DNA of 64,000 nucleotides from Octopus sinensis. Lineage: Eukaryota. The notes beneath the pieces are model-generated. The model saw only the letters and a list, made by a program, of their open reading frames with translations, ran no database searches and was not told where the DNA came from. Shown here in pieces: positions 52,251-61,364 of the stretch (its first letter is position 1; every line of letters begins with the position of its first letter). The position numbers and the translations under genes were made by a program. Where the stretch lies: contig NC_043001.1 of NCBI RefSeq assembly GCF_006345805.1, positions 64,790,001-64,854,000 on the forward strand, written 5' to 3'.

Positions 52251-53405
52251 CTGTGCATGTAAATAGGAAAGGGATGCTGTTGGATTGTGAACCTCAATTA
52301 TAACAGGTACATGGCTGTTGTAGTTTGGCTGAATCAGATGATGAGCCATTACCCAATCTGTTGACCTGGTAATAAAAGGTAGTGATACCTGGTTCGGTAT
52401 ATAGTAAATATGAATACTATACACTAAATCAGGAGGGGCTCAAAAGCAATGCTACAATCTGTAGTTCCAAGCAGATGTAGCAATGCAGTTAAGGGAGCTG
52501 GTTTTCTTTAAAAAAAAAAAGCTATTGGGAGAAAAACTAAAGCCTGCCAGAGGAATGTCCCTCTGAATTCAGCCGATCTCCATAAATTAAAGAACATTGA
52601 CAGCCACAAATGACTTCATCAAAAAAGGAAAGTTCTCAGTGGATGGGCCATTGAAACAAGTTTCCACTTTGCATTCTGCAAGCATGCGATATGTACAGTA
52701 GGGTGCTTTACAAGTTACCATCATAGAAATATTGTCTGATCTATATACATATGATTTGACTTCATAAATATTTTTTTCAAATTTACCTCATTTTTATTTT
52801 TTATTTACCTGAAAGGTAAGTGATAAATTTTGATCAATTTGTATTATGAATCATTATGACATGTTAAGGTTATCTCTACAGATATTCTATAGAAATTATA
52901 GCCAGCACTGATTTTCATAATGATGTTCTGTATCCAAGACAGCAAATGTAAACAATGAAGTTGAAGATGAAAAAACACATAATGAAATACTGTCCCTACA
53001 AGTAATTAATATTTACATTATTATAAATGTTTCTGTGTATTTATGTATGCATGTGAGTTTATTTCATTTAGTTACTGGTATTGTTTTATTTGTTTCAGTC
53101 ATTTGGCTGTGGCCATGCTAGAGCATCACCTTTTAGTCAAACAAATCAACCCCAGGACTTATTCTTTGTAAGCCTAGACCTTATTCTATTGGTCTCTTGC
53201 CAAACCACTAAGTTACAGAGACATAAGCATATCAACATCGGTGGGGAACAGACAGACACAAACATACAGATGCATATATATATTGTTAAATGTTTTTCAA
53301 TTATTTACAGTTAATACACGTATTTTTATATATTTATTTAATAATTAGTATAAGTTAAGATAAATACATTTATTCTATTATAATTTTTTTTTTATTTATT
53401 ATTTT

Positions 53406-53522
53406 AGACCTGCTGAGTGACTGACTATAGTTTTAAATAGAATTTTAGATTGATTTAATTTTAAATCGAATTGATTTTATTATTATCTATTTGAAAATAT
53501 AGCCATGAAACATGCATAGTCT
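53406..53522 (+). ncRNA. Decayed type I hammerhead in left pseudo-LTR
   Basis: agac-CUGcUGA-long stem II-GAAAC-augc-aUA-gucu. Core A6 is changed to C and stem III is eroded by CpG decay. Confidence 0.65.
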
Positions 53523-54528
53523 TTTTACTACTATTTACTATTTATTGTACTTAATTGATTTTTTGAATAAGGTTTTATAGTATATGTTTTCTATATGGTG
53601 TAAATAACATCTTTCATTATTGAATTGTTTAATAGAGGTTTTTCTCTAAATCATATACACCCTCAATCGTCGACAGATTATATAGGTAAAAGAATATTAT
53701 TGCTTTCTCTTAATTTTGAGATTTTCCAAAAACACGCACCTTATTATATTGAAGCCCTGTGGGAGGTGGGATATAATAATAATATTAAATTCTTTAATAA
53801 TTCTAAATATAATTATAACATAAAAGATTACAATATTAATGATTCCTATAGTTTTTATAATCATAAACCTAACATTAAGAATTATGATAAGTTTTATTTA
53901 GGTAATTATGGTATTAATAATATGTATTATGATAATACAAAACATAAATATAATAGACTAAAAAATAAGATTAAATTTAATTCATTTGATAATAATAAAT
54001 TTAATATAAAAAATAAATATAATAATATTAATAAGAACAAAATTTGGTTAATTGTTCCTTATGGAGTTCAAGTTAAAACACATTATTAAAGAGATTTTAA
54101 CTATAATTGAAGTATTCATTAGAGATAATAAAAAATATAACATTTTATCTAGTAATAATTTTGGAGTTGGTTATACTACTAATAATAATGCTGGTAACAT
54201 TATTTCTTCTTTTAATAAATTTAAGCTGAATAAGTTTTACAAAAACAAATCAAATTATCATTCCAATAATAAAAAAGACCACAATATAATTAATTGTACT
54301 TGTAGAGATAAAAACTAAATAATAAATGTAATTTCGATGATGTAGTATATAAATGTGTAGTGACTTTGATTGTTGATAATAGGAATGGTTACAATTTAAA
54401 TAGGGCCGACTTCTAATAAAATTAAATTATGAGTGGCTCAACACATGAATTCTTTTAACAAGAGAAATTTAATTAATTCTACTGGCCTTAGTAAATATAT
54501 ATATGGGAACTAAAATCTAAAAATATTA

Positions 54529-54938
54529 CTCTTACTCTTTACTCTTTTACTTGTTTCAGTCATTTGACTGCGGCCATGCTGGGGCACCACCTTTAATCGA
54601 GCAACTCGACCCGGGACTTATTCTTTTTTGTAAGCCCAGTACTTATTCTATCAGTCTCTTTTGCCGAACCGCTAAGTAACGGGGACACAAACACACCAGC
54701 ATCGGTTATCAAGCAATGCTAGGGGGACAAACACAGACACACAAACACACACACGCATATATATATACATATATACGACGGGCTTCTTTCAGTTTCCGTC
54801 TACCAAATCCACTCACAAGGCTTTGGTCGGCCCGAGGCTATAGTAGAAGACACTTGCCCAAGGTGCCACGCAGTGGGACTGAACCCGGAACCATGTGGTT
54901 GGTAAACAAGCTACTTACCACACAGCCACTCCTGCGCC
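54529..54938 (-). mobile_element. Full-length tRNA SINE inserted in the PLE endonuclease
   Basis: Reverse complement of the 14979 family. TATTA target duplication at 54524-54528 and 54939-54943; removing the SINE restores KNIKYN. Confidence 0.9.
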
Positions 54939-55692
54939 TATTAAGTACAATTTAAATTGAGAAATAGTTTATAAGGCAAAATCATACTGAATAGGTGGTC
55001 ATTTTTGTTTATTATGTACTAACGAATTTAAGGCGATATTAACTAATAAAAAAAAATTAATTCCCTAGACGAACAAAAAGTTAAATGTAGACATAAATTA
55101 AATTACTTATATGAGTTTAGCTAATTTGTGTATATGCATAAACGCTGTTTTATGATATTAATTGTTGTAGATATAATTTGTAGTAGTAAAATGTGTATAA
55201 ATTAGCACGAAATTATATAGTGTATATTACATAATTAGAATAAGATGAAAATTAGATGTTTATAAAATAAATTAATTAATTAATGAAAATAGATTAAATT
55301 ATAGATTTTTAGCTTAATTTATGTTTATTATATTATGTATTTTACGTATTTAGTATTTAAATTATTTAGTCTTTACAATTTTTCCAGTAAATGGTATAAA
55401 GTTAATTTTTTTATTATTCTCACAGCTAAAATACATTTGCAATTTTAATAGCTTAATACATATTTCTATCTATTTCTTCTATAAATTCTATTTACGCCAT
55501 ATTTTCATGTGATATATTTCTTATAAACGCTAAGTTCTACATATTACGTTTAAATTTTTAGTTAACGAAAATCCTTCGATAAGGTAAGTTATGGTTTTAT
55601 TTTAAGAAATATTTTTAAATGCTTTTCGATTATTTATACATGTATTTTTATATTTATTTGATAATTAGTTTAAGTTAAGATAAGTACATTTA

Positions 55693-55726
<34 letters not shown>

Positions 55727-55728
55727 TT

Positions 55729-55848
55729 AGACCTGTTGAGTGACTATATTTTTAAATAGAATTAATTTTAGATCGATTTAATCTTAAAACAAATTGATTT
55801 TATTATTATTATCTAGTTGAAAATATAGCCACAAAACGCGCGTAGTCT
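55729..55848 (+). ncRNA. Decayed type I hammerhead in right pseudo-LTR
   Basis: agac-CUGuUGA-gugacuauauuuuuaaauaga...ucuaguugaaaauauagccac-aAAAC-gcgc-GUA-gucu. Palindromic stem III loop. A6 is changed to U and G12 to A. Confidence 0.7.
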
Positions 55849-55993
55849 TTTTACCAGTATTTATTATTTATTGTACTTCATTGATTTTTAGAATAAGGTT
55901 TTATAGTATATGTTTTCTATATGGTATGAATAACATCTTTCATTATTGAATTGTTTAATAGAGGTTTTTCTCTAAATCATACACATATATTAT

Positions 55994-56392
55994 ACTAGCA
56001 GTATCGCCCGGCGTTGCTCGGGTTTGTAAGGGAAATAACAATATAAGCATTTTTAGAGAGTTATAGCCAAAAAATAGCAAAAAAATGCATTAAAAATTGA
56101 AAAAAAATTAAGGTAAATTTTTTTTAAAAATCGTTGACACATCGTAGATATTTTTAGAGAGTTACTTCCCTTATATGAAAGCGAAAAAAATGCATTAAAA
56201 TGGAAAAATATGATGGTAAATTTTTTTTAAATCGTAGACTCATCGTAGACGTGCGCTAATACCCAGAAGGGCTCGATATGAATCACGACTATAAGATACC
56301 CGCTTTTGGTTAAACTGCACCGCAAAATGTGGGAGTAGTTACGAATCTAAATCGAAGGGGACAGACACACAACTTCACTCTTATATAAAGAT
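55994..56392 (+). mobile_element. Helentron/HINE-like non-autonomous element
   Basis: 5' actagcagtatcgcccggcgttgctcggg, internal subrepeat, and 3' acagacacacaacttcactcttatataaagat. Confidence 0.65.
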
Positions 56393-56394
56393 GC

Positions 56395-56718
56395 TTTTTT
56401 TTTTCAGTCATAGAGTTAGATTTATGAAGGTCTTCAGTAGAAAATCCTTCGAATTCTGACTCGCTGCTTGATATAATGAAATTCGTATCCATTTTTTGTC
56501 AGAATTACAAATTTTGAAAACACAATAGGAACAAATTTCGGAAAAAAATCTCCCATAATTCACGGAATTAAAATTAAACTTCGATCGTTGTACAAAACTG
56601 TATTTGAAGTGTTTACGAAGTATAATACGTGTTTTCACGAATGTACTAAAGAGATTTACTCTGATATTCTCATTTAAATATGAATAGGTAAATTCGGGCG
56701 GTTTGGTAACGAAAGGGT
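56395..56718 (-). mobile_element. piggyBac 5' fragment, inverted relative to 50565
   Basis: Reverse complement of about 50565-50940, with TIR ggtaacgaaaggg. Confidence 0.85.
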
Positions 56719-56739
56719 TTATATAAGTGTCGTCTGTTT

Positions 56740-57172
56740 ATACATAAACACTGTTTCGTACTTTCAGTTTAGTCTTCCTCAAATCACTCTGTCGCTAATT
56801 TACTCTCTTCCAAGAACATTTTCACTCACTCTTATCTGTTAGCTTCCCATACATTTTACTCATGTATCTATCAGCGTGATAGACAGAAACAAATATTACA
56901 TCTAGTTTCACTTTATTCGTTGCACACTGTGTGTGTGCATTTGCGTGTGCTGTAAACCAGACTAAGAAAAGCATTTGACATACACACCAGAATGTGAGTT
57001 TTCTGTAAATTTTGCTTAATTGGAGTTTAAATTTTAAAAACTGGACCTGGCATGACCCGATGCATTCTACTCTTAAAAATGCTAGGTAAATTGTAATTGA
57101 AGAAAACCTATATTGTAGATTTCTATAAGATACAAAGGGAGGCAGATAAAATCTGCCTTTTATAATAAGAGA
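56740..57172 (+). mobile_element. HINE-like element with 3' hairpin
   Basis: Ends aggcagat-aaa-atctgcct followed by tttataataagagat. Confidence 0.5.
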
Positions 57173-57419
57173 TATATATACACACACACACATACGATGG
57201 ACTTCTTTTCAGTTTTCGTCTATTGAATCCACTCACAAGGCTTTGGTCAGCCCGAGGCTATAGTAGAAGACTTACACACTCCTGCACCTATATGTATTTC
57301 ATTTTCTAGTTTTCTTCTTTTTTCTTCTAGTTTTCTTCCAGTATTTCATTCTATTTTTACCTTTATTACTACCTCTGTCTTATATACATTTAAGTTCAAC
57401 TGATAATCCACTAATGTAC

Positions 57420-57742
57420 ACAATTCTTTGATATTAAAATTTTGTTGTATACTCAATTGAATATTAGCTAATAACTCATTTTCTATGCTGATGTTCAAAC
57501 AAAATTGAAATAATTTTATAAAGAGTTATATTTACCTGTAATTAGAGTTGCGTTGAGACAAAAACTATGCAACAGATCTATTTAAGAACATCTTAAATTG
57601 TGTTCCAAAAATCATGTTAATATATTGATAAATAAAAAAGAATTATTTTATGAAGCCAGCCTAAATTCATGATTATATTAGAATTTAATTGAAACACATA
57701 AGAGGCATATTTTAGTTAGAAATGTAGTAACAGAAGGGTTAA
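57420..57742 (+). mobile_element. piggyBac 3' fragment
   Basis: Colinear with 51320-51654 and ends gtaacagaagggTTAA. Confidence 0.75.
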
Positions 57743-57811
57743 ATAGCATTTAACCTAGAAATGTTTCACAGTTCAACAACATTTTAAAATTATATAACAT
57801 TGATTATTTAC

Positions 57812-57910
57812 CTGGAGTCATGTGAATAAATTTTGGGTCCGACAGAAGCTTTTTCTGACAAATAAAACCTATAACAAAATCACTGTGCTCCTCAGCCATT
57901 TTAATTGTAC
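57812..57910 (-). CDS. UMPS: UMP synthase, penultimate exon (99 nt, phase 1-1)
   Basis: ttttttacag|GT ACA ATT AAA ATG...ACT CCA G|gtaaat encodes TIKMAEEHSDFVIGFICQKKLLSDPKFIHMTP. Confidence 0.95.
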
Positions 57911-58006
57911 CTGTAAAAAACAAACAAACATAGAACTCATTGTTGAACTATCATATGGTAACTAGATAAAACAATTAAGAAAAATAATTTAAAAAAATGA
58001 ACTTAC

Positions 58007-58091
58007 TTCTGGTATACTCTCCTTCTGCCAAATTACCTGCTGAACTCATTTCAGCTATAAGGACACATGCACGACTATCTGTCATTCCAGA
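58007..58091 (-). CDS. UMPS: UMP synthase, antepenultimate exon (85 nt, phase 0-1)
   Basis: aatcacag|TCT GGA...ACC AGA A|gtaagt encodes SGMTDSRACVLIAEMSSAGNLAEGEYTR (ODC motif LLIAEMSS.G.LA.G.YT). A 96-nt intron follows. Confidence 0.95.
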
Positions 58092-58115
58092 CTGTGATTA
58101 AAATAAATATAATTC

Positions 58116-58151
<36 letters not shown>

Positions 58152-58329
58152 AAGAGCATGAGAGTGCATTTTCATTCATTAATGTATATGTGTGTGAGAT
58201 TTGCCTTCATCAAGCAGCTGCAAAATAACTAATAGGATAAACTGACACATTTATCATCTGTTGATGAAGAACACTAAAATAAGTGATGGTATGTTGTCAA
58301 CTTAATGTGACATGAAAGGGAAGAATACT

Positions 58330-60699
58330 ACTGCTATTTAGTCCTAGGAAACAATGTTTCCTGTTGGCCATGACACATTTTCTGTGTCCTTATGTTTTCA
58401 AAGGGGGAGATAGCATCATTAGCCAGGGCATCGCTAACCCACCCTTTAGCAAACAGAGTGCCTCACAAGTGGCTTTCCTCCCTTCCACAAAAAGCGGAAA
58501 AGGTGTTCCAACCTCTTTAGCCACGAATCGGGGCAAGGGACGACGGTCAGTGATGACAGATGCAATAAGCACCTGTACCACCTCCGCCCTTCCTTTCAAA
58601 GACAGAGCCCTTCCAGACTAGAGCCTCCACCTTGCTTGCCACTTCACTCTAATTCTCCTGTCTGGGAGTCCAGTCCAAACCAAACTCCAAGCAACTTAAC
58701 AGGACCACCTGTCCAGTGACCCACGAAACTGGATGATATCAACTTGCTCCTCCAGGTGCCAAGGCGCAAGCCGATGGACTTGTCCTTGTTAACTTTTGCC
58801 TCTGCTACTGCCTCATATGCTTTGATAGCATCCTATACACAAGGTAGCTGCACTTCATTGGACATGATGAAGGTGACATCATCTGCATAAGCAGAGACTG
58901 ACTTACCGCAGCCGATTTCATTAGGGTTGCTTCCCAAGTTCTCCAACTTCCGCAACAATAGCTCAAGAGCCAACACAAACAGAAATGGAAACAGGGGACA
59001 CCCTTGATAAACTGAATGCTTGATTGAAAACAGCTTCGACAAGTAGCCATTTATCTGGATGGTGGATTTGATGCTGCTATACATGGCGGAGATCCACCTA
59101 TGGATGTCCGGACCCAGCCCAGCCACTTCGAGGACTGCTGTCAGGTACTGGTAGTCTACCCTATCAAATGCTTTACTTTGGTCTAAATGGACCTTTGCCA
59201 GTTAATTTACCCAACCTGTCTAAGGTGTAGCATATAAGGTGAAGATTGTCCTGGATTGATGTGCCTAGGATGGCAAATGTCTGCACCTTCCCTACAAGTT
59301 TCTCCATGTCACACATCAACCTTTTGGCTAACACCTTGGCCAAAATCTTTAACTCTATATTAAGTGGAGTTATGGGCCTATAATTACTAATATTATCCTC
59401 CTTGCTCAGATAAAAGGGATAACTCACAGTTTCAATTTGGGGAGGGGCTGCGCAACTCCGCCTGCCTCCCCATCTTTCTCTTTGTTTGGTGTGGCCGCTG
59501 GGAATTCCCATGCTTTGGCTACCGGGCTAACAATTAACTTGCCCTCAGCCACTTCCACACTCATATCTCTAATGTCATCTGAGTTTCCTTCACATTTGCA
59601 TATGAAGGAAACATAAAGTTTCCTTCAGATTTGCAAATCGAATGTCAGTTTTATTGTCTTCTCATTCTTTGTAAACTCTTGCTTTGTGGTGTGATCTAAT
59701 GATTCTGTTTAATGCCTCGTTTTTTCCTCTGAATGCTATTATTTTTTTCCTGTGTTTTGGGGAGGGGTTTGGTAAATTGTTTTACCGTGGGACTGGGTTG
59801 GGGAGTTTGGTTATGTGTGTCTGCATGCTTCGATGATTTTTTTGTTTGGGGAAGGGAGTCCAGGACATGTGCTTTCTTCCGTTTATGCAATACAGTTGTG
59901 AAATCCATATCTTTGCTTGTGTCTTTTTTCTCTTCCACTTTTTCTGTCTTTTTTCCTGTTGTACTTTCAGGTTTTTCTGCCACTTTTCGGGGAGGGGCCT
60001 CGTTTTCTTTTCTCTTTTTATTTTTTGTGCACCTGGATCGGATGTGGCCCTTCTCTCCACACTTGAAGCATCTGGACCAATGTCCCTCTACAGCTACTCG
60101 CATGGAGAGCCCCTCCCCAACAAACACCCTATCAGGCAAATTTTCTAAAGTTTCATTAGTGGCCTGTACCACTAATTCAAGTGTTTGGCCTTTCCAATTT
60201 ATCATATCCTTCTTTTTCATTTGCAAGATGGTTACTTTCTCCTCCACATATTACTGCTGTTGCCACCCACAAAACTTCATATCCAGCAGGAATTTCTTCT
60301 ACAGTGATTTTAGTCGTCCTGTGGCCCAAGTATGTGGGCAGCAGCTTAATTTCTTCATTTTTTGTAGTGTCTTTGTTGATACTTCCTTCACTACATTAGC
60401 CAATAGGAACTGCGCTTCGACAATCGCGCTACGTGTCCCCTGGTTAACGTAGCATACATGGTTCCAAATTGGTGCCATGCACCTCTCTACCACCTCCATA
60501 GTTTTTTTTCTCTTTTAGGTTATAAACCTTGTACACCACTGTTCGGGCATTAATTTCTGCAACTGTTTCAGTGGGCAGCAACAGCTTAGTGTCAGTGCCA
60601 CTTTCTTTTATTAAATTCCTGAATTTATATAACTGTTCCATTTTCACTTCAAGTTTGGTTTTGTTCCCACCCACCGTGGCTGAGAAACTTGGTTTTTCC
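58330..60699 (-). mobile_element. Tx1-clade LINE retaining ORF1 and 5' end, internally deleted and 3'-truncated
   Basis: ORF1 CFKCGEKGHIRSRC zinc knuckle (59696-60247), NYRPITPLNIELKILAKVLAKRL, and SVYQGCPL...SAYADDVTF. Confidence 0.88.
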
Positions 60700-60975
60700 T
60701 ATTCTATATTTAAGAGATGAGGAATTATGTACATTATTTACATTTGACGAATATTTGTCCTCATCTTGTTTGTTGTTAACATGTTTCGGCTGATATACCC
60801 TCCAGCCTTCATCAGGTGTCTTGGGGAAATTTCGAACCTGGGTTCTCATTCCTAAGGTATATTTCGATGTTATTAATATTATTGTTATTATTATTATTAT
60901 TCAAGTCACTGCCTGGAATCGAACTCGGAATCTTGGGGTTGGAAGCCTGCACTCTTAGCCACTATGCCATATGCG
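60700..60975 (-). mobile_element. tRNA-headed SINE carrying a hammerhead motif
   Basis: The minus strand reads TGGCATAGTGG (A box)...GTTCGATTCC (B box), (AAT)n, gacacCTGATGAaggctg-gagggtatat-cagccGAAAC, then a 3' hairpin gatgagga...tcctcatc. Confidence 0.8.
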
Positions 60976-61364
60976 TTTTTCTTTGTATATCCTTGTTCAC
61001 ACCGGTACACTCCTTCCCCATCACAGGGAAGTCCTTTAGGGATTCAATACTGAATTCCATAATGAAATACTTTTCAATAGGTGTCAGGGTGTGGTTAAGA
61101 GTTTTAGCAGTGGAAAGAATTAGTAGTAAATGGCATAAAGATGTCATGTCAAAGTGCTTTGGACTAAATAATAATGATGATAACCATACACACATACATA
61201 CATATATACACATGCATCTGCCTACTACCTTCTCCCATGTGTGACAAACTGACCAGCTGTTTCTTCAACTTTAATTGTACATCATCCACCTATTTGCGTT
61301 TATACCCTGTTAATACTAACCAGCCTTTAATTTAATTTAATCTCACTTATCATATGTTGTAGGA

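Larger units (their letters stand above)
53283..55984 (+). mobile_element. Penelope-like element derivative: pseudo-LTR direct repeats, linker and GIY-YIG remnant, no RT
   Basis: Direct repeats at about 53283-53660 and 55612-55984. Translated remnants KRILLLSLNFEIFQKHAPYYIEAL, KIWLIVPYGVQVKT, NCTCRDK, DDVVYKCVV, HMNSFNKRNLINSTGLSKYI and KAKSY*IGGHFCLLCTNE. Confidence 0.85.

Noticed and set aside
53625-54318. Asn/Lys/Tyr-rich ORFs as a novel gene
   Set aside because: The motifs identify them as the linker and endonuclease remnant of a Penelope-like element.
59696-60452. 239-aa plus-strand F/S/V-rich ORF
   Set aside because: It is the antisense shadow of the Lys-rich Tx1 ORF1.
60895-60975. 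Functional tRNA gene (also 14979 and 15841 heads)
   Set aside because: A and B boxes are present, but I cannot draw a complete cloverleaf, and each continues into SINE body sequence.
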